A stretch of DNA of 64,000 bases, taken from Monocercomonoides exilis PA203 (Eukaryota; Protista; Preaxostyla). Every line of letters starts with the position of its first letter. Position 1 is the stretch's first letter. The notes below the pieces were generated by a model that did not search any database, was not told the DNA's origin, and was given only the letters and a program-made list of their open reading frames with translations. Both the position numbers and the translations under genes were made by a program. The DNA lies in NCBI GenBank assembly GCA_001643675.2, contig LSRY02000002.1, forward strand, positions 930,001 through 994,000, written 5' to 3'. This document shows positions 53,924-64,000 of the stretch, one piece after another.

Positions 53924-56900
53924 TCAACGAGAATCAGTGATAAAATGGATGCTTGTTGTTGAACAAGATTCGCTTCCCGACCTGCCACTTTCATTGATTC
54001 TGCGATCCCCGTCATAGCCAGTATTAAGTCCTATTGCATCAGAAACTGTGAGCATCACAGCTCCAGCTGGAAAGCGTTGGATAAACTCCCGCTTCAGCTC
54101 GTTCAGAGATGGTCTTTCCTCTGCTGATTGTTTTTTGCACCTTCCAATCAACCCACAAAGTGAACTTCCTTCAATGGCTTTACAACCCTGCCTTTCTCCA
54201 TTGGCAATCTTCTGTCCAGCCACTTCTGCCTCATACTCCCCAAACGGGATCTGAAGTGTCAAACATTCCCAAAGCATCATCCCAATCGAGAATGACACTG
54301 ACTCCTTTGTTGCTTCCATCTTCTTGTTGATCAGCAGCTCAGGCGCCTTCCACCTCAGACACTCTTTTTTGTAATAATCATCATCCTCAAAAGCCGAAGA
54401 AGGCAGAGAGTCACTATCATCATCATCGTCATCGCTTGTTGATGTCACAACAGTCGATGAAGAGATGGAAGACGAGTCTGAATCATCAGATGAAAGGAAA
54501 TCAGAGTGCATCACAATGCAGATCACCATATGCTCTGAGAACAGCACAATGTGCGGACTGAGATTATTCAATGACTGAAGCGGGTTTTCCATTTCGTCAA
54601 ACGAATGAAGAGCGAGGTTAGCCACCCAGAACAGGATTTGGGCAGCTGTCTGCTCCCTTTCCTTCAAGGAGCCAATAGCCATCTCCTTTGACTTATTCCT
54701 TCCATGCAGTAGCATGAACAGTGAGTCCCTCAAATCAACAATCAGCTTTTCATGAGGAGATGAACATGCCATCGCATCCACAAGATTCGACATTGATGAG
54801 GTGGTTGGACACAGACTCTCCGATCGAACAAATGTGGATTCTGTGTCTGAAGTGTCTGTTGTTGAAGTGGATGAAATGGAAGGAGATGGTGATCTCTTTT
54901 GAATCTCTTCTTCCTTTTCTTCTTTCTCATCCACTTTCTCCAGCATCCATTCTGGAATCTTGTCTGAATCTCTTCCAAGAATGTATTCAGTGGAGCCGCT
55001 CTCAGACAGAAGATGCTCGGATGATTCAGAATGTCCCAGACTTTTCTCATAAACTCTCTTCTTTATCCTTTCCTCATTCTTCTTCTCTGCCTCTCTTTCT
55101 GCTCTCCTCCACTGCTCTTCAGGTGATATCTCCATTGTCACCATCTCAATCAGCTTTGGATCCTTCTTCACTGTATCATTCACAATCTCTCTCAGATCTT
55201 CTGCTTCATTCTTCACCTTTCTCCATCGAACAACAAATATCACAAGTGAGATAAGAACAACCAACAATATCGCAGAAAGCACAATCACTACCAACAACCA
55301 TGAAGATTTTCCTTCCTTTCCTCCTTCAACAATTCTTTCATCTCCATTTGTTTTTGGTTCGCTTCTGTTTTTCAGAATGAAAGAATCAGTTGAAAATGGA
55401 TTATTTACATCCCCAAACAGAATGCTCACACTCATTTCGGTCTCTTCTCTACAGCTGCTGATCAGCTCTTTCTCCACACTCCCTTTCACTTCAGTCTCTG
55501 ATATGCACCCTTCCTCCAGAAATGAATACTTCACAATCTCTTTCTCATCCCTAATGTGCTTCACAACCATGAATGACAGGTTGCATGGGAGAAGAAGAGT
55601 GCCTCTGAAAACAATATTCAATGTTCCTTCTTTCTCCTCTGTTTCAACTGATCGAAGTGTGGGGATGAACAACACTGATTCTCGCTCTGATCCAATCCCA
55701 CTCATCGCACATCCATCATTCAGAATCCATAGAGAAGAACCATCTTTTATCCCGTCTCCACCTTTCAGACTCTTCACATCCAGTGTGCCTGAACCAGAGC
55801 AAATAATGTTCCTTCTCACAGAAGGATATTTTGTTATTGATGGATTGTTGTTCAATAATTCTCCTTTCTCGATTGTCACTTCCCCACCAGAAACAGACAG
55901 TGCTCCATCATGTGCATTCCATATCGTTGTGTCTCTCACTTTCCCTTCACTCTCAGATATGTCTGCAACAGATCCATTCCACCTGCATATCTCCTCAGCT
56001 GCATCTGCATTCACCTTCAAAGTGCTTTCTGTCTCGCTCCCATCAATTTTGCACCCATCCAACACAACCTTCCTGCTCTTCCACACCCCAATCACACTTC
56101 CCTTTGCTCCTGAGCTCTGGCACGTCTCAAATGAACAGTTAGACAGCTCCAACTTTGCTCCCTCGCATCGGCTCGTCACTGCTGCTGCTCTCTCTCCAGC
56201 ACTCGAGATGTTCACAAACACAGCTCGACTCACTTGCACAATGTCAGCTCCCTCTCCACTTGCTGCTTCCTCCATCTCCACCACTGACCCCTTCTCCGTC
56301 CTCATCCCATCTGCCTTCAACTCGTCAATCACCATGCTCCCTTCTCTCACCACTATCCCTCCTCCTTGGCACTCAACATTCAATATCCTCAGCTGTCTCA
56401 CAATCACATCTCCTCCACACCTCAGCAAGCACTCACCACACACATCCTCTATTTCGCACCCCCTCATCTCCAGTTTCCCACTTGCACACTTCATGAGAAT
56501 AGGAACTGATGCCTTGTGTCCATCTCCTTCCAATGAACTAAATCTCACACGATCAAACATCACATTCCCTTCCTCCATCCAGAAGAGACTTGTGTGTGAT
56601 GTGAGGAAGACTCGCGGCATCTTGAACCCCACCAGCTCCACAGCAGTGCTCCCTCCAACACCAATCATATATTCCCGAGTGCTGGTTATGCCTGTCCCAA
56701 TCTTCACACTCGCCACCTCCCAGCTCTTCGACCTCACCACCATGCTCAAAATATCTATCTCCATCTCCACTTCGCTCTCCCCGTCCACTGCTAGCATCGA
56801 GTTGAACTCTGCCACCACATGATCCAGTCCATATCCCAATGTCAGACACGGCTGCTCCACTGTCCCGCACTTCCGCCAGTTCCTGCCGCCTTTCCCAAGC

Positions 56901-59900
56901 ACACTCGACACCACAATCGTTGCTGCCTGATATACTGTGATCAGATCCATCAGGTTCACTGGCGTATCGCTCCGCTTGTCCACCCCGAAGATTGCATTCC
57001 CTTGGATATACACCTCCTGCCGCAGATCCATCTTAAACTGGCTCTCGTTGATCTGCCTACTGATGTTCACACACTCAACAAAGATGTCCCGCCCCACAAA
57101 CGCGTTGTTCCCGCTCAACGACATCCTCTCAAACACAAAGTTCAGATCTCCTCCAAGTTCTGTCCCCAGATACACTCCGCCTCCCCGCCCTTGCGTTATC
57201 GAACAGCTGCTTTGCACAATCTTCCCTCCCTTCATCCGGAACTCACCTCCCTCATTCAGCTGGAACTCCACCACTCCGCCTTTCTTGCTCTCTCCTGCCT
57301 TGCATGACTCGAATGTGCTCTCATTCACCACCACCTTCACACTCCCTCCACACACTCTCTCCACAACACACGGCCCATCATCCTCCCGCTCCGCCATCAC
57401 AAATGTCGATCCATTCACTGTCACACTCGTTCCACTCATCCCTCCTGCATTTTCCAATCTACCGATATCATTCAAACTGCTGCTCACAACACTGATTGCA
57501 CACCCCTCGTGATACTCCTGCGAGCTCATCCGCACCTCCCTCAGATTGCAGCTTACCCCTTCAAACACCATCACCACACAGCCCTTCACCTTCATTCGCT
57601 CAAATCTCACATCCTCCACCACCAATGCCCCTGCTTTCACAACAACAACCGATCCACACAACTTCCCGCTAGATCCCGCTCCTCCAATCACACATCTTTC
57701 CATTTCCAGCAGTGTTCCTCCTCCACTCAAAATCTCTTTCTTCTCCACTCCACCTGAACCCCCAACCACCATCTTCATCCTCCGAACACACAGCGTCCCA
57801 GTGTATGTGATGAACGGATCCTCGCTCAACACACTCTCCCCTCCTTTTCCACTGAATACAAGCTCATCCTTCACATCCTCCTCCTCTCTTTCTCCTCCCA
57901 CACCACTCACAACCATATTCTTCATTGTCCAGTCATCCTCCACTCTCGCCTCTCCTCCAACAACTATTTCTTTCATCTCCTCCGTCCTTTCCACTTGCTC
58001 CATCCCCTTCCACAGCGTCTCACATGGATCATTCACACTTCCACACCGCATCACATCCTGCCCTTCTGAACTCACATGTATCTTCCGGCTCTTGTATCCC
58101 ACAACATATCGCAGGAGATCTGTCTCGTTCCTGCTTTCATCGTTCCCAACAAATCCGTTCCCGTTCTCTTTCATCCCCTGATAGTCAAATCCAAACGAAG
58201 TTGTTGTCACAGTTTTGTTCAGATCTCTTGCCAAAACAAACATATGCTCACCAACTTTTGCCCTGTTCAATTTGAACGTAACCTCTTTCAGCTCAAACGA
58301 CTGATCAATCAACGACCCTGAGCAATCCACAAACAAAAACCCTCCTCTCCCAAATGCAACTGAGCACTCGCATTCTTCTGCTGTTGTGTTCTTCAGCACC
58401 AAAATCTGTTCACCCTTCACAATCATTTTCATCCCTCCTCCCTCCTTCTCTTCTGGTGCTTTCACCTTCTTCATTGTGCAATCTTCAATCATCACACTCG
58501 ATCTGAACTCAAAGGCACTCTCACTGAATGTTGCCTTTTCTATCGAACATCCAACGAGCTCCACCTTTCCACCTATTGCCTTCATCACTCCATATCCCAT
58601 CACACTTCCACTCTCAAACTGGAATATGCAATCCGTCATGCTCAATGTCCCTTCTTCTGTCTCCGAAAGCAGCACCACTTCCTGCCCACTTGCAATCATC
58701 CCTGGTAGAACAAACACGACCCCTTCAAATCCTGCTCTCCTGTTGTTCTCAAATACACATTTCCCATCTCCTCCACTGATCTCCTCCCCAACCTCCATCA
58801 CACACCTTGTGACTGCTCCTGTTCCTGCCCCATTGCACACCGTTCTTATCCCCGACACATCAAACCAATCTGCAACCCTCATCTCCCCTTTCGCCATGAT
58901 CTTTGCTCCCTCAACTATTTCACGATCTGCATTCTTCATCCCTCTCCAATATGTCTCACATGGCATTTTCTCACTCCCACATCCTATCATGTCACATCCG
59001 CCTTCTCTCACATGCACTTCTCCCCACTTATGTTCCACCAGAAACACTACAAGATCTACTGCCTCCTCAACAAATCGCACCCGATCCACTCCTTTCATAT
59101 CAACAATCACCTCCCCTTCTCCGTTCTTCACTGCAAACCGAAATCGAGATCGAGTCACTGTCTTGTTCAGATCATCACACTCCACAAACACATCTCTTCC
59201 ATATGCTCCTGCGTTCTCTGCAAACTCAAGCCCATCAAAATTCATATCTCCCATTCTTGAGCTTGCAACATTCAAATATATCCCTCCACCTCTTCCACTT
59301 TCACCATTTACAGAACACCTCTTAAACACTACATCTGTGATGCACAAGCTGCTTCCTTCACTTACTTCGAAGTGCACTCCTCCTCCATCCACATGTGTCG
59401 ATCGACATCCATTGAATATGCTGCCTTCTGTAATCTCCAAACTTCTCACATTCTCCATCCACACCACTCCCCCATCTGTCACATCCACTTCCTCCACGCA
59501 TCCCTTGTGCATCCCAAACTCAGCCTCTCCACTCCCTTCAATCAACCCCTTCCCCGTTCCTCCAACATTCGATATGTTCGTGTTGTTCATGATGATCATT
59601 CCTCCCTCCATCTTCACAAAGCCTCCATCCACTCCAAAATTTTCATCTTCCACTGAAACTTGATTCATCCGGACCTCTCCTCCAGTTTCACTTACTATCC
59701 TCATTCCCGTCTCCCATCTCACATCAGCTCCTGCTTCCTCTCCTCCAGCATCTGTTCCTGAACTTGCCCCAAACACACAGTTCATCACAATCACCACGCC
59801 CACACTCACACTAATCATCCCATCCACTTCCTCTGATGCCACCATTGGCAGTCTGAAATTCAGGCGACTGAGTGACAGTGTTGTTTGCGAGTATCCAATG

Positions 59901-62900
59901 CTTTGTTTGAAGCATCCATGTACTCTTATCTCCAAGCTGCATCCAGCACTTTTCCCTCGCACTGCCAGCGATTTCCCCTTCCGATCAATCACATTATCCA
60001 TCCAGTTTCCGTTGTTCATCTGGATCGTCGTCTTCTCCTCCCCCATGTTCATAAACCCATCGATGAACCTGTCACAAGGTGACACCTCGCTTCCACACGA
60101 ATCGGCTACTGTGCTCCTCCCTGCCTCCACATACACAATCGCCCCTTCCACAGGGAACAGATACTTCTTCACTGACAAGTCGATCACTGTGTTTGTCACC
60201 GAGTCAATTACCCACACATTCACCTCTGGCGTGCTCTCCTCATCCACTGTCCCCACCCACAGATCCTCACGAAGCATCACCTCTGGCTCACCACACACAA
60301 CAAACACATCCAGTCCCTTTGCTGCAGCATTCCACTCAAACACATCCTCTCGAAGCGAGTACTTCGCCTCCCTATCCTCCAGCTCCATAAACACTCCTCC
60401 TCCATATCCTGCTGTTCCCACCACTGCACACCTCTCCACTCTGTTCGAATCAAACACAAATTCCCCTTTCCCTGCAACACTCACAAACACACATCCTCCA
60501 CAAGACGGATTCCCCATGCATACATCCTGCACAAATGTGCTCTCCTTCACCTCCACTTTCTGCCCTTCTCCCACTCTCCCTGCAAACACACCCCCATTTC
60601 CACTCTTCCGTGTCTTTCCCTCCACGCTGATGTTCTTTGCCCCAACACTCGCCCTTTCTTCAAACACAACAACACTTCCATCATCCATTGTTGTTCCCTT
60701 CACTGTGCTGTTTTCCACCCTCAGTGCCGATCCCTCCCTCACACAAATTAGCCCACTTTCTGCTCCACAAACAACATTCTCCATCTCCAATCCTTCAAAC
60801 GCCCCATCACCTCCACACAACTCAAACAACTCAAATTCCACTGTGTTCATGTTTGCCATCTTCAACCCATCCACAATCACTTTTCCTCCACTCGCTTTTA
60901 TCAATGAATACTTCATTTTCAACTGCCCATTCACTTGCTCCACCTGGCAGTTCTCCAGCTCAAGCTCCCCTCCTTTGCACGCAAACAGACACTCCCATCT
61001 GGCTCCCGAAAACTCGTTGGGAACAGAAAATGATATATTCTTCACAAATACATTCACTCTGGTTTCCAACAGCCCTTCTCCCTCCCCTGCTCCATCATCA
61101 CGAACCAGAACACTCGTCTCTCCATCCTGAACAACCCCTTTCAATTTCACTCCCTGCGATTCAAGCACTACATGGTCTTTCAGCTCAAATGATTCCATCG
61201 CCACCACTTCTCCACTTCCAACTACTCCTCCAAAACGCACTTTCAGCGCCTGTTCAATTGTTCGACAGGGAGCATATGCCATTCCACAACCTGAATGATC
61301 ATATCCCCAATCTGACGCTCCTCCAACATATGCTGTTCCACCAAACTGATCAAGATATGCACCAAGTGGAATTCCAAAAGTATCACCTGTTGAGCAACGC
61401 TCATATCCCATTAGATCCCTCATCTCCATCCCACAATTCTCAAAATTCAATGAGTCTCCACTCACAATAACACTCAAATTCCTCCCTTCCACAAACACAT
61501 TCTTCCCCTTCCACGCTTTGCACCCCTCAAACTCCAGCCCTTTCAATTCAAACCCACTCACTCCATCCGAACACAACAAATACACACCTCCTCCCAATCC
61601 TCTCCCTTCTCCTCCTTCTCCTTCAGGCACTTCACATCCTTCAAACTTTGTCCCCTCTATCACCACTTCTGCTCCCTCACCCTGCCTCACAATCATCCCT
61701 CCTCCTCGAAGCCCATTCCCACCTCTGCACTTTCCTTTGATCGTGCAATTCTCCACATGGACATCTCGCAATTGACCAGGTCCACTCTCCACTCCAATGC
61801 ACCCTCCATCTCCTCCTCTGTGCCAAGCACAGCCAAAAACACTGTTGTTCACCTTCATCTTCCCGCCTCCTCCAATATCAATTGGCACTCCCACAAACCC
61901 TATTTCCCCGCTTCCCTCAACCACAAACTTATCCAATACCACTCCGCCTCCCTCAACTTTCAACAGCCCACCATTCACACCATCCAACACCTCTTCGCCA
62001 GATAGCCTCATCACACACCACATCATCTCCAAATCACCTCCCACACACTCAATCAAACTACCCACTGCTTCACTCTTCACCAACACCCCAAATGTGCAGT
62101 TTGCCATCTGTGTTTCTGTTGCTGTGTGAATCATCCCATTCCCAACCCCCGCCTCTCCCCACACCACATTCACATTTGTTCCTCTCTCCACGCCCTTCAG
62201 CTCCCACTTCCATCCGCTCATCTCCACCTTCTCGCTCCAGCTGAACCCTTCATTCACAATTATCTTCTTCTCGCTGTTCGCAAACCTCAATCCAACCAGC
62301 TTCCCAATAGTCGCACATTCATATCCTTCAAACCCACACCCTGAAAAGTCTCGCTCATTCACTCCTCCAACATACCCTGCAATGCCTTCAACTTCAACCA
62401 TGAAAAACATCAGCGGAATCAGAAAACTCTCATCACCATCTTCAAACCCCATCGCCTCTCTCACTCTCCCTTTATCTGTCGCAATCACTCCCACAAACCC
62501 TTCACTTCCCACTGCTTCACTCAGATCTTCAGCTTGTACAAAAACATTGTCTCCTCCTCTCGCTGCTTCATTCTTCCCCACACCTGTCCCAAACACCACT
62601 CCACACACCTCATGATCCCATCGTTTTGATCCACTGCCTCCCTCCATTTTCAAAAACATCCCTCCTCCACATCCTCCAACTCCTTCACTCAAACTGCTCC
62701 TGCACTTTTCAACCAGTGTTTCTTCCTCGCTCCTCCCTATTCGAAAATATCCTCCTGCTTCTATCTCCATACACACTCCACCTCCACATCCTTTCTCCAC
62801 ACAACACACAGAAAAGCTGCTGTTTCCAATCGCAACGCTCTCCCCATCTCCAATCATGCACCGCACTCCACTCCCATTCCCTGCTGTGCTCTCAATCCCG

Positions 62901-64000
62901 CTGAATGTGCACTTCTCCATCTCCAGATCGCTCCCTCCTCTCCCAACCACAATCCCACTCAACGAGCATGCAATCTCCTCAAATTTCGTCTGCTCAACAA
63001 CAAGCTTCCCACTGGATGCATAATATACCAATCCATTTTCACATTCCACTGTTCCTCCACTAATGTTTGTCTGGGAAATTAACCCTTCTCCATTATTGCT
63101 CACACAGACCATGCAGCTCCCCCCAAAGCTCAGCCCACTCGCTTCCACCTGTTGCACGCTCATCTTGCCTCCTCTGCATCGCATAACTACATATCCGATC
63201 CTCTCTCCTTCTCCTCCCTCGAAATTACACTGTCTCACCTCCACACTCCCACTCCGACACGCAATCACGCTTCTTCCCTCACCCACACTTGCTGGAAGCG
63301 ATATCACAAGATTCACAATCGTTGTTGTTGCTCCAGCTGTTGTGAACACTCCCTCTGCTCTCCCACTCTCACTGCTCTCTATCACCACTCGAGGTGGAGA
63401 TGCTTGTCCTTTCACCACAACAACTCCATTCATAAGTTCAACCTCGCCTTTCACGACCGCCCCGCTGTTCGCCACAACTGTTATCCCTGCCCCAGTTCCA
63501 TGCTTCCTGATCGCATAATCCACACTCGCACACTGCACATCTCCAAATCCACACATCTCCCAGTCTCTCTTGTTCAGCCCTCCAACATAGTATTCGCTTG
63601 GCTTGCTCCGCAGATACACCACAAGTGGAATAACATTCACTTCATCGCCATTCTCATATCCACACACCTCACTCAGATTGCTTTCATCAATCGCAAACTT
63701 CAGCCGCTCTCTCTTCGCCACCTCTGCCAATCGAGGCGCTCTCATGAACAGCTTGCTCCCTGCCTTTGTTGCCGCACACCCTGCAAACGATGCTTTATCA
63801 ATCACAAAATCATATCCTCCTTCCTTCACTTCAATCATCATCCCTCCTCCACATCCTCCTCCACTGCTCTGCCCTTCTCTCGCCTCACACCCACCAAACA
63901 AAACTTCGCTCTCATTCCCCACACGAGCACGGGCCCCCGATTCCATCCTAATTGCCATTCCTCCTCCGTTCCCGCTCTCACATCTGCATCCCTGCATCGT
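53924..64000 (-). CDS. Giant single-pass receptor B (>3357 aa, 5'-partial), paralogue of receptor A
   Basis: The intronless ORF is open to the window end. It has at least seven CGxxxxPC-type modules, TM segment WLLVVIVLSAILLVVLISLVIFVV followed by RWRK, and a cytoplasmic region nearly identical to receptor A including DDDYYKKECLRWKAPE. Confidence 0.9.
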   Translation of the reverse strand, partial: TMQGCRCESGNGGGMAIRMESGARARVGNESEVLFGGCEAREGQSSGGGCGGGMMIEVKEGGYDFVIDKASFAGCAATKAGSKLFMRAPRLAEVAKRERLKFAIDESNLSEVCGYENGDEVNVIPLVVYLRSKPSEYYVGGLNKRDWEMCGFGDVQCASVDYAIRKHGTGAGITVVANSGAVVKGEVELMNGVVVVKGQASPPRVVIESSESGRAEGVFTTAGATTTIVNLVISLPASVGEGRSVIACRSGSVEVRQCNFEGGEGERIGYVVMRCRGGKMSVQQVEASGLSFGGSCMVCVSNNGEGLISQTNISGGTVECENGLVYYASSGKLVVEQTKFEEIACSLSGIVVGRGGSDLEMEKCTFSGIESTAGNGSGVRCMIGDGESVAIGNSSFSVCCVEKGCGGGVCMEIEAGGYFRIGRSEEETLVEKCRSSLSEGVGGCGGGMFLKMEGGSGSKRWDHEVCGVVFGTGVGKNEAARGGDNVFVQAEDLSEAVGSEGFVGVIATDKGRVREAMGFEDGDESFLIPLMFFMVEVEGIAGYVGGVNERDFSGCGFEGYECATIGKLVGLRFANSEKKIIVNEGFSWSEKVEMSGWKWELKGVERGTNVNVVWGEAGVGNGMIHTATETQMANCTFGVLVKSEAVGSLIECVGGDLEMMWCVMRLSGEEVLDGVNGGLLKVEGGGVVLDKFVVEGSGEIGFVGVPIDIGGGGKMKVNNSVFGCAWHRGGDGGCIGVESGPGQLRDVHVENCTIKGKCRGGNGLRGGGMIVRQGEGAEVVIEGTKFEGCEVPEGEGGEGRGLGGGVYLLCSDGVSGFELKGLEFEGCKAWKGKNVFVEGRNLSVIVSGDSLNFENCGMEMRDLMGYERCSTGDTFGIPLGAYLDQFGGTAYVGGASDWGYDHSGCGMAYAPCRTIEQALKVRFGGVVGSGEVVAMESFELKDHVVLESQGVKLKGVVQDGETSVLVRDDGAGEGEGLLETRVNVFVKNISFSVPNEFSGARWECLFACKGGELELENCQVEQVNGQLKMKYSLIKASGGKVIVDGLKMANMNTVEFELFELCGGDGAFEGLEMENVVCGAESGLICVREGSALRVENSTVKGTTMDDGSVVVFEERASVGAKNISVEGKTRKSGNGGVFAGRVGEGQKVEVKESTFVQDVCMGNPSCGGCVFVSVAGKGEFVFDSNRVERCAVVGTAGYGGGVFMELEDREAKYSLREDVFEWNAAAKGLDVFVVCGEPEVMLREDLWVGTVDEESTPEVNVWVIDSVTNTVIDLSVKKYLFPVEGAIVYVEAGRSTVADSCGSEVSPCDRFIDGFMNMGEEKTTIQMNNGNWMDNVIDRKGKSLAVRGKSAGCSLEIRVHGCFKQSIGYSQTTLSLSRLNFRLPMVASEEVDGMISVSVGVVIVMNCVFGASSGTDAGGEEAGADVRWETGMRIVSETGGEVRMNQVSVEDENFGVDGGFVKMEGGMIIMNNTNISNVGGTGKGLIEGSGEAEFGMHKGCVEEVDVTDGGVVWMENVRSLEITEGSIFNGCRSTHVDGGGVHFEVSEGSSLCITDVVFKRCSVNGESGRGGGIYLNVASSRMGDMNFDGLEFAENAGAYGRDVFVECDDLNKTVTRSRFRFAVKNGEGEVIVDMKGVDRVRFVEEAVDLVVFLVEHKWGEVHVREGGCDMIGCGSEKMPCETYWRGMKNADREIVEGAKIMAKGEMRVADWFDVSGIRTVCNGAGTGAVTRCVMEVGEEISGGDGKCVFENNRRAGFEGVVFVLPGMIASGQEVVLLSETEEGTLSMTDCIFQFESGSVMGYGVMKAIGGKVELVGCSIEKATFSESAFEFRSSVMIEDCTMKKVKAPEEKEGGGMKMIVKGEQILVLKNTTAEECECSVAFGRGGFLFVDCSGSLIDQSFELKEVTFKLNRAKVGEHMFVLARDLNKTVTTTSFGFDYQGMKENGNGFVGNDESRNETDLLRYVVGYKSRKIHVSSEGQDVMRCGSVNDPCETLWKGMEQVERTEEMKEIVVGGEARVEDDWTMKNMVVSGVGGEREEEDVKDELVFSGKGGESVLSEDPFITYTGTLCVRRMKMVVGGSGGVEKKEILSGGGTLLEMERCVIGGAGSSGKLCGSVVVVKAGALVVEDVRFERMKVKGCVVMVFEGVSCNLREVRMSSQEYHEGCAISVVSSSLNDIGRLENAGGMSGTSVTVNGSTFVMAEREDDGPCVVERVCGGSVKVVVNESTFESCKAGESKKGGVVEFQLNEGGEFRMKGGKIVQSSCSITQGRGGGVYLGTELGGDLNFVFERMSLSGNNAFVGRDIFVECVNISRQINESQFKMDLRQEVYIQGNAIFGVDKRSDTPVNLMDLITVYQAATIVVSSVLGKGGRNWRKCGTVEQPCLTLGYGLDHVVAEFNSMLAVDGESEVEMEIDILSMVVRSKSWEVASVKIGTGITSTREYMIGVGGSTAVELVGFKMPRVFLTSHTSLFWMEEGNVMFDRVRFSSLEGDGHKASVPILMKCASGKLEMRGCEIEDVCGECLLRCGGDVIVRQLRILNVECQGGGIVVREGSMVIDELKADGMRTEKGSVVEMEEAASGEGADIVQVSRAVFVNISSAGERAAAVTSRCEGAKLELSNCSFETCQSSGAKGSVIGVWKSRKVVLDGCKIDGSETESTLKVNADAAEEICRWNGSVADISESEGKVRDTTIWNAHDGALSVSGGEVTIEKGELLNNNPSITKYPSVRRNIICSGSGTLDVKSLKGGDGIKDGSSLWILNDGCAMSGIGSERESVLFIPTLRSVETEEKEGTLNIVFRGTLLLPCNLSFMVVKHIRDEKEIVKYSFLEEGCISETEVKGSVEKELISSCREETEMSVSILFGDVNNPFSTDSFILKNRSEPKTNGDERIVEGGKEGKSSWLLVVIVLSAILLVVLISLVIFVVRWRKVKNEAEDLREIVNDTVKKDPKLIEMVTMEISPEEQWRRAEREAEKKNEERIKKRVYEKSLGHSESSEHLLSESGSTEYILGRDSDKIPEWMLEKVDEKEEKEEEIQKRSPSPSISSTSTTDTSDTESTFVRSESLCPTTSSMSNLVDAMACSSPHEKLIVDLRDSLFMLLHGRNKSKEMAIGSLKEREQTAAQILFWVANLALHSFDEMENPLQSLNNLSPHIVLFSEHMVICIVMHSDFLSSDDSDSSSISSSTVVTSTSDDDDDDSDSLPSSAFEDDDYYKKECLRWKAPELLINKKMEATKESVSFSIGMMLWECLTLQIPFGEYEAEVAGQKIANGERQGCKAIEGSSLCGLIGRCKKQSAEERPSLNELKREFIQRFPAGAVMLTVSDAIGLNTGYDGDRRINESGRSGSESCSTTSIHFITDSR

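Noticed and set aside
55377-63518. Many Pro/Ser/Thr/His-rich + strand ORFs antisense to receptor B
   Set aside because: A by-product of the base skew, which makes stops rare on the + strand. No independent motifs.
1-64000. tRNA, rRNA, CRISPR arrays, prokaryotic operons
   Set aside because: None recognised by eye, and the window is intron-containing eukaryotic DNA. A tRNAscan/Infernal run would be needed to exclude small RNAs.

Overview
This window is AT-rich eukaryotic DNA with short GT-AG spliceosomal introns and the standard genetic code (the TECR homologue ends in TAA at its expected C-terminus). Gene style (huge Ser and Glu/Lys low-complexity inserts, giant beta-helix receptor pseudokinases) suggests an anaerobic metamonad protist, most likely the oxymonad Monocercomonoides; this is an inference. 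Genes in order: ATG4 protease (5'-partial); M16A/IDE-like metallopeptidase; a decayed gene remnant; receptor pseudokinase A (3014 aa); a DZIP1-like gene head-to-head with a TrmO-like tRNA methyltransferase; a ~2340-aa CxFxP-repeat protein; TECR/TSC13; a bacterial-type GH25 lysozyme 48 bp head-to-head with a ~3645-aa protein carrying three TRF2/HOY1-type PH-like domains and a CXC-type Cys-rich tail; and receptor pseudokinase B (5'-partial). Three signals stand out. (1) The two intronless receptor paralogues have divergent modular ectodomains but a near-identical cytoplasmic half-kinase that keeps an RTK-like DYYKK motif. (2) The ectodomain of paralogue B has an extreme strand-specific G-over-C skew. 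(3) Intergenic DNA holds fold-back inverted repeats of graded divergence, including a near-perfect one with 425-bp arms upstream of receptor A. All exon models and alignments were done by eye.
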